Of a stretch of DNA of 64,000 bases, positions 47,510 to 56,315 are shown in pieces. The translations under genes and the position numbers were made by a program. The notes under the pieces were generated by a model. The model saw nothing but the letters and a program-made list of their open reading frames with translations. It searched no databases and had not been told where the DNA came from. Source of the DNA: Acidaminococcales bacterium. GTDB taxonomy: Bacteria; Bacillota; Negativicutes; Acidaminococcales; JAISLQ01. The DNA lies in contig JAVBNN010000004.1 of NCBI GenBank assembly GCA_031551525.1, forward strand, positions 29,446-93,445, read 5' to 3'. Every line of letters starts with the position of its first letter. Position 1 is the stretch's first letter.

Positions 47510-49084
47510 TCATAGTTTTACGAAATTCACTTTCTTGATACCGTCCACGCCGCCAATCATATTGAGCGTTTCCTTGTTGACCACAGTATCCACCGTCATG
47601 AACATCATGGCCTCGCCAGCTTTGTTGCGGCTGACCTGCATGGTGGCGATGTTTACCTTGCTCACGCCAAGGAGTGTGCCTATTTGCCCGATCATGCCGG
47701 GTTTGTCGTCGTTCATGGCCACCAGCATGTAAGGACTGGGCGCCAGATCGAAACCAAACTCATTCACCCTGAGGATCTTCACTTCATTCTTGCCAAATAC
47801 CGAGCCGGCTACCGAAAACTGTTTTCCCTTGCTACTGACCACCACTTTTATCATATTGGAAAAGTCGCCGGTCACGGTGCCTTTGCTCTCCACTACCTCC
47901 ACACCGCGGTTTTGCGCAGTTACGGTCGCGTTTACATAGTTTACCCGCTCTTTCATTATCGGTTCAAACAGGCCTTTCAATACCGCCCGCGTTAGCATCG
48001 AGGTCTCCAAAGCGCTCACCGCGCCCTGGTAAATCACTTCCACTTTGTCAACAGGGTCTTTTTCCAGTTGATGGTAGAGTTTGCCCAGCACTTCGGCCAG
48101 GGTCAGGTAGCCTTTGGCCTCGCCCATATCCGGCATGCTCGGCAGGTTGACCGCGTTGGCGACCATTTCGCCCCTGAGGGCGCTCAGCACCTCTTCGGCG
48201 ATGGTCTTGCCCACATTGGCCTGGGCCTCGAAGGTATCGGCACCGGCGTGCGGAGTGATAGTGATGTTTTCATAGCCAATAAGCGGCGAGACAGCTTTAG
48301 GCTCGCCTTCCAAAACGTCTATGCCGGCGGCGAACACCCGACCATCCTTCAGTGCCGCACCAAGCGCTTTCTCATCGATAATCCCGGCCCGTGCGCAGTT
48401 GACGATGATAACGTCTTTTTTCACCAGACCCAGCTCTTTTTCGCCGATGATACCGATCGTTTCCTCCGTCTTAGGAGTATGCACAGTAAGAAAATCCACC
48501 CGCGGCAACATGTCTTCCAATTTTTCACATTTTTCCACGCCAAATTTTGCAAACCGGCTGTCGCTTATATACGGATCGTAAGACAACACTTTCATGCCGA
48601 AAGATTGCAGGCGCGTGCAGACTAGGGCGCCAATACGGCCGAGGCCGATAATGCCGACCGTCTTGCCCAAAAGCTCGTGCCCCATCAAACCGCTACGACT
48701 CCACACTTTGTCCTCGAGGCGTTTTTGGTGGCGGACGATGTTGCGTGCCGCCGACAAAAGCAACGTCACACTCAGCTCCGCCGCAGACACACTGTTGGAT
48801 TCTGGCGTATTTACCACGATGATACCGCGGTTGGTCGCCCCGTCCATCTCGATATTATCGACACCGTTACCGGCGCGGCCCACCACTTTCAATTTGACGG
48901 CTTTTTTATAAAGTTCTTCGTTTACCATAGTATTGCTGCGTACGATCATGGCGTCATAATCGCCGATTATTTTAAGAAGCTCCTCGCGCGGTATATCAAA
49001 TTTCAGATCCACCTGTACCCCGGTGGCCTGCTGTAAAACCTCCACGCCACTTTCGGCAAGTTTCTCCGTGACAATAATTTTCAT
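47510..49084 (-). CDS. serA: D-3-phosphoglycerate dehydrogenase (long form with ASB and ACT domains)
   Basis: Start re-set to MKIIVTEKLAESG, with GGGAGGA 8 nt upstream. The track's extra 43 codons lie on the T-box terminator. NAD motif GIIGLGRIG. The C-terminal ACT domain includes NDDKPGMIGQIGTLLG. Confidence 0.9.
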   Translation of the reverse strand: MKIIVTEKLAESGVEVLQQATGVQVDLKFDIPREELLKIIGDYDAMIVRSNTMVNEELYKKAVKLKVVGRAGNGVDNIEMDGATNRGIIVVNTPESNSVSAAELSVTLLLSAARNIVRHQKRLEDKVWSRSGLMGHELLGKTVGIIGLGRIGALVCTRLQSFGMKVLSYDPYISDSRFAKFGVEKCEKLEDMLPRVDFLTVHTPKTEETIGIIGEKELGLVKKDVIIVNCARAGIIDEKALGAALKDGRVFAAGIDVLEGEPKAVSPLIGYENITITPHAGADTFEAQANVGKTIAEEVLSALRGEMVANAVNLPSMPDMGEAKGYLTLAEVLGKLYHQLEKDPVDKVEVIYQGAVSALETSMLTRAVLKGLFEPIMKERVNYVNATVTAQNRGVEVVESKGTVTGDFSNMIKVVVSSKGKQFSVAGSVFGKNEVKILRVNEFGFDLAPSPYMLVAMNDDKPGMIGQIGTLLGVSKVNIATMQVSRNKAGEAMMFMTVDTVVNKETLNMIGGVDGIKKVNFVKL

Positions 49085-49119
49085 GATACAGTTCCTCCCT
49101 AATTTTTCTTGCAATAAAT

Positions 49120-49386
49120 AAAAAAACCGTCCAGCCTTAGGCCAAGGACGGAGGACATGCCACGTGGTGCCACCTTGTTTCGCCGCCGATAAACACAGAC
49201 AGCCTTTATACACGGTAACGGGTGTAAGTCGCGCCGGTTTCTAACCCCGGACAAACTCGGAAACGGATTCGGCTTTATCCTGCACCGGTTTACAGCGCCA
49301 CCGGCTCTCTTTGCCAGGAAAGCAGCCTACTGCTTTTCTTCATAGCCCTGCCAGCTTATCGCCAGCCAATATTTATATTATATATG
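49120..49386 (-). promoter_or_regulatory. T-box leader with UCC (Ser) specifier, controlling serA
   Basis: The - strand transcript shows the AG bulge AAAGAGAGCCGG. The specifier-loop 3' side GAA-UCC-G (complement of 49264-49270) is flanked by helices GGCU/AGCC and GAAG/UUUC. The T-box is AACAAGGUGGCACCACG (complement of 49163-49177). The terminator is CCGUCCUUGGCCUAAGGCUGGACGG followed by U7. Confidence 0.85.
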
Positions 49387-49392
49387 TTTTAC

Positions 49393-49421
49393 ATTTTATC
49401 GGCAAAAAAACATATTGTCAA
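49393..49421 (-). promoter_or_regulatory. promoter of serA
   Basis: On the - strand: TTGACA (complement of 49416-49421), a 17-nt spacer, then TAAAAT (complement of 49393-49398). Confidence 0.65.
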
Positions 49422-49529
49422 GCGCGTTTTGTAAAACACCAGTAAAATATTTAGGTTATTTGTATTGACCACCTCTGCCTGATTGTTTAAAATAACACTA
49501 GAAACATTATGAAATCATTGAGGTGCAAT

Positions 49530-49874
49530 ATGGTCGACACTGAACAAAAAATTCTCGCCATCGTTTCACATATAGGTTATTTGGTTGGTGGCATACCATT
49601 TGTTTTCCTGCCCCTGATTATATATTTATGGAAAAAAAGCGACCCGTTTGTCGCCTACCACGCCAAACAGGCCCTGGTGGCCCAGTCGCTGGTCGGCATA
49701 CTATGCATCGTCACCTCGGCGCTCACTTCTATACTTATAGGCGTCCTGCTCTGGCCCGTTCTCGGACTTATCGGAATAATGTTTTTTGTGTTGTCTTTCA
49801 TCGCCGCCTGGGCCGCCTTCAACAGCAGATATTTTGAGTACCCGTTCATTCAGAATATAGTCGACCGTTTCTGA
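49530..49874 (+). CDS. small membrane protein, DUF4870-like
   Basis: Start set to the ATG 4 nt after GAGGTG. It has three hydrophobic helices and a family-like motif, SDPFVAYHAKQALVAQ. Confidence 0.6.
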   Translation: MVDTEQKILAIVSHIGYLVGGIPFVFLPLIIYLWKKSDPFVAYHAKQALVAQSLVGILCIVTSALTSILIGVLLWPVLGLIGIMFFVLSFIAAWAAFNSRYFEYPFIQNIVDRF

Positions 49875-49889
49875 ACATACGAAAATCCC

Positions 49890-49916
49890 GCCCGGTTTAT
49901 CGCCGGGCCTTTTTTA
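49890..49916 (+). terminator. terminator after the DUF4870 gene, overlapping the convergent ABC-F stop
   Basis: Stem gcccgg (49890-49895) / ccgggc (49903-49908) with a 7-nt loop, followed by cttttttatt. Confidence 0.6.
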
Positions 49917-51383
49917 TTGCAACAATACCTTCTTGGTAGCAATATTTTGCACAAACGCCCCGTCATGTTCGACAAACAGCAGGGTAGGCCGATAGGCCAG
50001 CAGCAACTCTTCTAACTGGATGCGCGACAGTACGTCGATATAGTTGAGCGGCTCGTCCCATATGTAAAGATGCGCTTTTTCGCACAGGCTTCTTGCTATC
50101 AGCACTTTTTTCTTTTGTCCGCCGCTAAAATCCGCCATATCTTTTTCAAATTGCAGCCGTGAAAGATCCAGTTTGCGCAGAATCGTTTTAAATAAACTCC
50201 CATCTATCTGGCATGCCTCGGCATACCCAGACAGGCTGCCCCGCAAAAAAGAAGTGTCCTGCGGCACATAGGATACGATCATACCGCCGGCCTTGTGAAA
50301 ATACCCGCTCGTTGCCATACTTTCACCACGCACCAATTTAAGGAGGCTGCTTTTTCCGCTGCCGTTCTTACCGCATAGCGCCACTCGGTCGCCTTCTTTT
50401 ATCGTAAACGACACTTCCGGACTAGCCGGTTTGCCTGCGTAATAGACCTGCACTTTTTCCAGTTTCGCCAGACAACGGGCGTGGTGGGAGAGCGGTGACA
50501 GCTTGAGTTCGTCTGCCCGTTCGATATTTTTCAACAGCTTTTCCTTGTCTTGCAGAACTGCTTTCTGCCTACTTTCTATGTTTTTGGCGCGTTTCATCAT
50601 CTTGGCCGCTTTATGCCCGACATAGCCCCGGTCGCCTACATGTTCGCCTATCTTGGAACTTTCTGCCCTGTCCGACCAGCGCGCGCTGCGACGCGCCGAG
50701 CATTCCAGGCGTTTTATGTCTTTTTGCAAGCGGTCGTTTTCCGCCTGCTCAAAAGAATCCTGCAACTCTTTATTATGCCACCATGATGAAAAATTTCCTT
50801 TTTGCACCTCGATATTGGTTTTATTGATAGATAAGATATGGTCGATACATGAGTCCAGAAACGACCGATCGTGCGAAATCAGGATAAAGCCGCGCTTGCT
50901 GTCGAGATAGCGCCCCACCGTTGCACGCGCTTCGCTATCGAGGTGATTGGTCGGTTCATCGATAAGCAAGAAATTGTTTGCTTTTAAAAACAATGCCGCC
51001 AGTAGCACTTTAGTCTGCTCGCCGCTCGACAACGTTTCGAACGGACGAAACAGCACATCTTCAACTACTTCCAGCCGGTTAAGTTCGCGCAGCACTTCCC
51101 ACGCCGCGGCCTCTGAAGCGATGCCTGAAAGTATATCTATGGTATTGAACGTCTTATCGGCTACCGGAAAAGGGAAATAGTCACAGTGAACGTTTTTTTC
51201 TATGCAGCCGCGGTGTTCATATTTCCCCAGCAAAAGCTTTAAAAAAGTAGTCTTGCCTCGACCGTTGCGCCCTGTAAAACCCAGTTTCCAGTCAGTATCT
51301 ATCTGGAATGATACATTTTCGAAGATATTGTCATAACTGCCATCATAGCAGAATGTAAGATTTTTAATATTGATAAGGGACAT
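49914..51383 (-). CDS. ABC-F ATPase, Lsa-like (antibiotic-resistance/ribosome-protection type)
   Basis: Start re-set to MSLINIKNLTFCYDGSY, with GGAGG 7 nt upstream. It has two ABC cassettes (GRNGRGKTT...LSSGEQTK...LLIDEPTNHLD and GKNGSGKSS...FSGGQKKK...IWDEPLNYID) and no transmembrane domain. It is collinear with my recollection of Lsa(A): N-terminal region, interdomain linker and C-terminal FVEHD. Confidence 0.8.
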   Translation of the reverse strand: MSLINIKNLTFCYDGSYDNIFENVSFQIDTDWKLGFTGRNGRGKTTFLKLLLGKYEHRGCIEKNVHCDYFPFPVADKTFNTIDILSGIASEAAAWEVLRELNRLEVVEDVLFRPFETLSSGEQTKVLLAALFLKANNFLLIDEPTNHLDSEARATVGRYLDSKRGFILISHDRSFLDSCIDHILSINKTNIEVQKGNFSSWWHNKELQDSFEQAENDRLQKDIKRLECSARRSARWSDRAESSKIGEHVGDRGYVGHKAAKMMKRAKNIESRQKAVLQDKEKLLKNIERADELKLSPLSHHARCLAKLEKVQVYYAGKPASPEVSFTIKEGDRVALCGKNGSGKSSLLKLVRGESMATSGYFHKAGGMIVSYVPQDTSFLRGSLSGYAEACQIDGSLFKTILRKLDLSRLQFEKDMADFSGGQKKKVLIARSLCEKAHLYIWDEPLNYIDVLSRIQLEELLLAYRPTLLFVEHDGAFVQNIATKKVLLQ

Positions 51384-51404
51384 AAAACCACCTCCGGACA
51401 AATT

Positions 51405-51437
51405 AAAAAACCAGGCAAGAAATTGCTCCTTGCCTGG
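51405..51437 (-). terminator. attenuator terminator immediately upstream of the ABC-F ribosome-binding site
   Basis: Stem ccaggcaag (51411-51419) / cttgcctgg (51429-51437) with a 9-nt loop. On the - strand it is followed by T6 (complement of 51405-51410). Confidence 0.8.
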
Positions 51438-51558
51438 CCCAAATAACAAAATAAGTACGCCAAAACGTACCGGCCTTATGTAAATAGCAACTTTCTCGCA
51501 GAGGCAACAGAATCAAAGGCTTAAAAGCCCCTTCCGTCATACCTTATTCACTTTCGTG

Positions 51559-51579
51559 TCAGCAAGAAAAATTGCGCAT
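51559..51579 (-). CDS. candidate leader peptide MRNFSC of the ABC-F attenuator
   Basis: ATG CGC AAT TTT TCT TGC TGA, preceded by GAGGTGG with a 4-nt spacer. It is located between the promoter and the attenuator terminator. Confidence 0.4.
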   Translation of the reverse strand: MRNFSC

Positions 51580-51609
51580 CTTTCCACCTCGCCCATATAA
51601 GCTAACTAT

Positions 51610-51639
51610 ATTATAACAAAAAAACACTGCCTTGTTCAA
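51610..51639 (-). promoter_or_regulatory. promoter of the ABC-F leader
   Basis: On the - strand: TTGAAC (complement of 51634-51639), an 18-nt spacer ending in TGT, then TATAAT (complement of 51610-51615). Confidence 0.6.
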
Positions 51640-51643
51640 GCCC

Positions 51644-51675
51644 CCGTAAAAATACAGGCGGCCATCAAGGCCGCC
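51644..51675 (-). terminator. terminator after the HD-GYP gene
   Basis: Stem ggcggcc (51657-51663) / ggccgcc (51669-51675). On the - strand it is followed by tgtattttta. Confidence 0.65.
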
Positions 51676-51679
51676 GCTT

Positions 51680-52744
51680 TCATGCCATATAGTCTTTAAA
51701 CTGCTTGAAGTCACGCATGCCGAGATTTATAAACTCCCCGTCTTCGGCCTGCAGCACCATATCTTCTATGGACTGGGTCCCTACAAATATGATGGTCGCC
51801 TTGCGTCCGTCCTCAAGCACCACATGCCGCCCGACCAGAGTGTTTTTGATCTGGGAGAGCATCGGGAGGCAAATATGCGAATCCATCCTGAGAAACATCT
51901 CTTCCTGGAATATGGCCATTACCGCAAAGGGCGAGGCTGCCGTCTGAAAGACCCGGTTACTCGTGACGGCATCGTAAGTATCGGCCACAGCAACTATTTT
52001 GGCAAAGTCGCCAATTTTTTCCTCTTTGAGATGAAACGGGTAACCCGTCCCGTCGTTGCGCTCATGGTGCTGAAGTACGGCTAGCTTCACTTCGTCAGGC
52101 ACAGAAGGTACATTTTTCAACATTTCATAGCCAAATACCGTGTGACGCTGCATAACAGACATTTCTTCATTAGTCAGGGGGCCCGGTTTGTTCAGTATAT
52201 CAAGCGGCACACGCGCTTTACCCACGTCATGCAAAAGCCCGCTTAGTACCAGCATAAATATAGTATCGTCGTCATATTTAAGCCACCTGCCCAATACCCC
52301 ACACAATACGCCCACATTGATCGAGTGAAAATAAGTATATTCGTCCGCGCTGCGCAACCCCTTGAGCGTCTCCAGAACAAAATTTTCCTTGAGCAGAGTC
52401 TCAAAAGTCGTACTGGTCAGTTCTACTATGCTGTTAATAGGTATTTCCTTACTCTCTCGCACCTGGTCAAAAACATTTTTTACATCTTCAATGGTTTTTT
52501 CGTATTTTTCCTGCACGACCAGCTCGCGCCGGTTGAGCTTCCGTCCCGGACGATCGGCCTCTACCAATACGGTCAATATTTCGGCATGGTTTTTCAGTTG
52601 GCCGATCAGCCTATCTGTAATAACTGTATTTTCATCAGCCACTATTTGATTTTTCAACATTACAGGAGCCGACAGCCGCATACCCGGTTGCAGTTCATCA
52701 ACCCATAGTCTTTTACTTGCCAAAATTTTCACATCCCAATTCAA
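51680..52744 (-). CDS. HD-GYP domain protein (putative cyclic-di-GMP phosphodiesterase) with uncharacterised N-terminal domain
   Basis: HD motif LSGLLHDVGK and HHERNDGTGYP (the GYP motif). The TTG start from the track has no obvious Shine-Dalgarno site, so the exact start is uncertain. Confidence 0.8.
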   Translation of the reverse strand: MNWDVKILASKRLWVDELQPGMRLSAPVMLKNQIVADENTVITDRLIGQLKNHAEILTVLVEADRPGRKLNRRELVVQEKYEKTIEDVKNVFDQVRESKEIPINSIVELTSTTFETLLKENFVLETLKGLRSADEYTYFHSINVGVLCGVLGRWLKYDDDTIFMLVLSGLLHDVGKARVPLDILNKPGPLTNEEMSVMQRHTVFGYEMLKNVPSVPDEVKLAVLQHHERNDGTGYPFHLKEEKIGDFAKIVAVADTYDAVTSNRVFQTAASPFAVMAIFQEEMFLRMDSHICLPMLSQIKNTLVGRHVVLEDGRKATIIFVGTQSIEDMVLQAEDGEFINLGMRDFKQFKDYMA

Positions 52745-52945
52745 AATATTTTACTGATGTAAAAAATCCCTTATTAAAATATTTCGAATGATTCACTCAA
52801 ATACTTTAATATTTATTATAGTTTCTGCGCAAGAAAAACACAAATTATAAATATATAATGAAATTTGTGAAAGTAAATAAATACATGATGACAAATATTT
52901 TATCCGGTGATAAATTATTATATATCTGTAAAAAGGAGTTCTGCC

Positions 52946-53776
52946 ATGACCACCAGCTTACCCATTGCCTCTCTCGGCCCGCGCGGCACCCACAGCGAAG
53001 CGGCGGCCCGTCGGCTTTTTCCAGATGCCGAACATATCCTTTGCCCCACCATACTGGCCGCCCTCAATGCCATTGATACCGGTGAGGCTGCTTTTTGCGT
53101 AGTTCCGATAGAGAATTCCATTGAAGGGTCTATAAATATCACTCTCGACACGCTTTCTGGGGGACGAGATTTTTGCATAGTGAAAGAGCTTGTTTGGCCA
53201 ATCCGCCATCACCTCATGGCTAAAGGCGCCGGTGAATGCATAAGCGTGATACTTTCACACCCACAGGCGCTTGCCCAATGCCGGGAAAAAATAAAAAAAC
53301 TTTATCCCCACGCCAAAATTGAAGAAACAGCCAGTACAGCCGAAGCCGCCCGTCTGGCCTCCGAACGGCCCGGGTGCGCCGCGATCGGTACCGAAGACGC
53401 CGCTCGGCTTTATGGTTTGTCTATATATAAAAATGACTTGCAGGATTTTTCAGTTAACTGCACACGGTTCGTGGTAATAGCCGCCAAACCGTTCACCGGC
53501 GCCGAAGAAGGCGCCGCTAAAACCTCTCTCGTGTGTGAATTGCCCGGCGAAAAAGCCGGCACACTATACCAACTTTTGCAGGAATTCGCGTTAAGGGATA
53601 TAAATCTGGTGCGTATAGAATCCCGCCCTGCCCGCACTGCTCTTGGCCGTTATATATTCTTTTTTGACCTCGAGGGGGCGTCTGATGCCAGCAAGGTCAA
53701 AGAAGCCCTCGAAGCTATACAGCCACAAGCCCTGTGGCTCAAAGTGCTGGGCAGTTATCCTGTGCTCAAGGCGTAG
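52946..53776 (+). CDS. pheA: prephenate dehydratase
   Basis: Start re-set to MTTSLPIASLGPRGTHSE, with AAGGAG 8 nt upstream. It has a PDT domain plus a C-terminal ACT domain with NLVRIESRPA...YIFFFDLEG. Confidence 0.9.
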   Translation: MTTSLPIASLGPRGTHSEAAARRLFPDAEHILCPTILAALNAIDTGEAAFCVVPIENSIEGSINITLDTLSGGRDFCIVKELVWPIRHHLMAKGAGECISVILSHPQALAQCREKIKKLYPHAKIEETASTAEAARLASERPGCAAIGTEDAARLYGLSIYKNDLQDFSVNCTRFVVIAAKPFTGAEEGAAKTSLVCELPGEKAGTLYQLLQEFALRDINLVRIESRPARTALGRYIFFFDLEGASDASKVKEALEAIQPQALWLKVLGSYPVLKA

Positions 53777-53875
53777 CCACCTTTCATGTATACATACAAA
53801 AAGTCTGTCATTCTTGACCGGACTTGGTTATACTTTTATTGTGATTCCCTATTTTTTATTATGAGAGGTATGTTG

Positions 53876-54853
53876 ATGGACAAAAAAATACGTATAGGTA
53901 TAGTTGGCTACGGCAACATCGGCCGCGGGGTCGAGCAGGCGATAACCAAAATGCCTGACATGGAATTGGCCGCTATATTTTCCCGCCGCGAACTTTTACC
54001 CACCCCCTCCGGCGTTCCCTGCGTACCCATCGCCCATGCCACCGAATGGAAAAATAAAATAGACGTACTCGTCCTGTGCGGCGGCAGCGCTACCGATCTT
54101 CGAGAGCAGTCTCCAGTTTTTGTAAAACATTTTAACATCGTCGATAGTTTCGATACACACGCCGTCATCCCTGAGCATTTTACTGCCGTAGACGTTGCGG
54201 GGCAAGCCTCCGACAAAGTAGGCGTGATATCAGTCGGCTGGGATCCGGGCCTCTTTTCTCTCACTCGGCTTTTAATGCAGAGTGTTTTGCCGGACGGCGA
54301 CGACTATACTTTCTGGGGACCCGGCGTCAGTCAGGGCCATTCGGATGCCCTGCGCCATGTTCCGGGAGTACTTGACGGCAAGCAATACACCATGCCGGTC
54401 CAACTGGCCCTCGACCAGATACGTTCTGGCAAACGCCCTCACCTCGCCCCCCGTCAGATGCATACCCGCGACTGTTATGTGGTGGCTGCCCTGGGCGCCG
54501 ATAAAGACTCGATAGAGAAGAACATCAAGGCAATGCCAAACTATTTTGACGGCTATGATACCACCGTCACTTTCATGGACGAAACATCCTTTAAGGCCAA
54601 ACATTCTGCCATGCCGCACGGTGGCTTTGTCCTGCGCGCCGGAAGCACCTCGAAAAACTGCGACCACGTGATGGAACTTACGCTCAAAATGGACAGTAAC
54701 CCCGAATTCACTTCCAGCATACTCCTAGCCTACGCGAGAGCCGCCGCCCGCCTGTCACGGGAGGGCCAAAAAGGCGCTTTCACCGCATTTGACATAGCGC
54801 CCGCCTACCTGTCGCCATTCAGCGGCGAACAAATGCGAAAAAACCTTTTGTAA
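53876..54853 (+). CDS. ddh: meso-diaminopimelate D-dehydrogenase
   Basis: Start re-set to MDKKIRIGIVGYGNIGRGVEQ, with AGAGG upstream. Ddh-like motifs are present: SVGWDPGLFS and WGPGVSQGHSDA. 325 aa. Confidence 0.85.
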   Translation: MDKKIRIGIVGYGNIGRGVEQAITKMPDMELAAIFSRRELLPTPSGVPCVPIAHATEWKNKIDVLVLCGGSATDLREQSPVFVKHFNIVDSFDTHAVIPEHFTAVDVAGQASDKVGVISVGWDPGLFSLTRLLMQSVLPDGDDYTFWGPGVSQGHSDALRHVPGVLDGKQYTMPVQLALDQIRSGKRPHLAPRQMHTRDCYVVAALGADKDSIEKNIKAMPNYFDGYDTTVTFMDETSFKAKHSAMPHGGFVLRAGSTSKNCDHVMELTLKMDSNPEFTSSILLAYARAAARLSREGQKGAFTAFDIAPAYLSPFSGEQMRKNLL

Positions 54854-54881
54854 CAAAAAAACCGGCTCAGCCGGTTTTTTT
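54854..54881. terminator. bidirectional terminator between ddh and the MATE gene
   Basis: A7 + accggc (54861-54866), loop tca, gccggt (54870-54875) + T7. Confidence 0.8.
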
Positions 54882-56202
54882 AATATCCGTAAACGCTACG
54901 GTGCTTCTTTACAAAGTACCAAGAGACGCCTAATGTAGCCAATTCGGCGATCGGCACAGCCAGCCAGATGCCTCTTATTCCAAACAACATAGGCAAAACT
55001 ATGATGCCGGCGGTAAAAAACACGAAGGAGTGCATTATGGATATGACCGCCGATACCCGCCCGTTGGAAAAGGCCGTAAACATGGCAGATGCGAAAATAT
55101 TAAACCCAATAAACAAAAACGTCAGAGAGTAAAAACGCATCCCGCTGGTGGCTATATCAAATACTGCAGTAGCGCGCCCGACAAATGCTTCCACTATATA
55201 CGGCGCGAAAATGAGTGAACTCAAGAAGATAACCGCCGACGAAACCAAAAGAAAGTTGTTGCTGTAGTGCATGGTTTTCTTCAGCTGATCCCGGTCACGG
55301 GCGCCGTAGTTATAGCTGATAAGAGGCGCGCTGCCAAAAGAAAAGCCCAGGTAAACCGATATCATGAGAAACTGGGCGTACAGGATAATGCTGATGGCGG
55401 CAACTCCCGCCTCTCCCAGGTATTTCATAGTCATGATATTGAACAAAAGCGTCGTGAATGCAGTAGAAAAGCGTATGACCATCTCGGCAAAACCATTTGT
55501 ACAGGTCTTTAAAAGCACCGCGCTTTTTAAGACCGGCCGGGTAAAACGCAATACGTTGCTTTTTCTGGCAAAATAAAACGCCGCAAAAAAAGACGGCATG
55601 ATGAAACTTATGGCCGTGCCCCAGGCCGCACCTTTTATACCAAAGCCGTACTCCACGATCAAAATGTAGTCGAGGATGATATTCAAAATGCCGCCGAATA
55701 GCGCAAGGCCCAGGCTCACTCCCGCGCTGCCGTCCGTACGCATGAATATTTCCATGATATCGTTGACAATAATAAACGGCGCGGCCAGTGCTATGACAAA
55801 AGCATAGTCATAGCAGTCCCGGTAGAGCGCCTCGCTGGCGCCAAGAAATATAACCACGGGTTTTAAAAAAACAATGAACAGTGTGGCAAGCGCAAGGCCT
55901 GCGGCCAGTCCGGCCAAGAGTATCATGCTAAAGTTCTCTTTGGCTTCCTGCGGTTTGTTCATACCTAAAAGTGCCCCGACTATGGCACTGCCTCCGCTGC
56001 CCAGCATGACGGAAAAACCAAAAATAACGCTCAATACCGGAAAAGCTATATTTACGGCGGCCAGGGCGTTCTCGCCGACGAAGCGTCCGACAAACAAGCC
56101 GTCTACTACCGTATAAAAAGATATGAACAACATGGATACGGTAGTCGGCGCTATTATCTTCAAAAAAGAGCGGCCGGTCAGGCTGCGGGAGAAAATGTCC
56201 AT
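54880..56202 (-). CDS. MATE-family efflux transporter
   Basis: Start re-set to MDIFSRSLTGRSFLKIIAPTT. The track start at 56262 would lie inside the upstream terminator hairpin. It has 12 predicted TM helices and the MatE-like motifs VDGLFVGRFVGENALAAV and PLISYNYGA. Confidence 0.8.
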   Translation of the reverse strand: MDIFSRSLTGRSFLKIIAPTTVSMLFISFYTVVDGLFVGRFVGENALAAVNIAFPVLSVIFGFSVMLGSGGSAIVGALLGMNKPQEAKENFSMILLAGLAAGLALATLFIVFLKPVVIFLGASEALYRDCYDYAFVIALAAPFIIVNDIMEIFMRTDGSAGVSLGLALFGGILNIILDYILIVEYGFGIKGAAWGTAISFIMPSFFAAFYFARKSNVLRFTRPVLKSAVLLKTCTNGFAEMVIRFSTAFTTLLFNIMTMKYLGEAGVAAISIILYAQFLMISVYLGFSFGSAPLISYNYGARDRDQLKKTMHYSNNFLLVSSAVIFLSSLIFAPYIVEAFVGRATAVFDIATSGMRFYSLTFLFIGFNIFASAMFTAFSNGRVSAVISIMHSFVFFTAGIIVLPMLFGIRGIWLAVPIAELATLGVSWYFVKKHRSVYGY

Positions 56203-56250
56203 AAAAGCCCCTCGTAAATAGTCAGTAGTGCTATTATATACCGCCTCAAC

Positions 56251-56293
56251 CAAAAAAAACACCCCCGCTGCCAGAAGAAGCGACGGGGGTGTT
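56251..56293 (-). terminator. terminator after the 56316..57605 lipoprotein gene
   Basis: Stem aacacccccg (56259-56268) / cgggggtgtt (56284-56293). On the - strand it is followed by T8 (complement of 56251-56258). Confidence 0.7.
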
Positions 56294-56315
56294 TTTACTC
56301 GGTTTTACAGTACCA

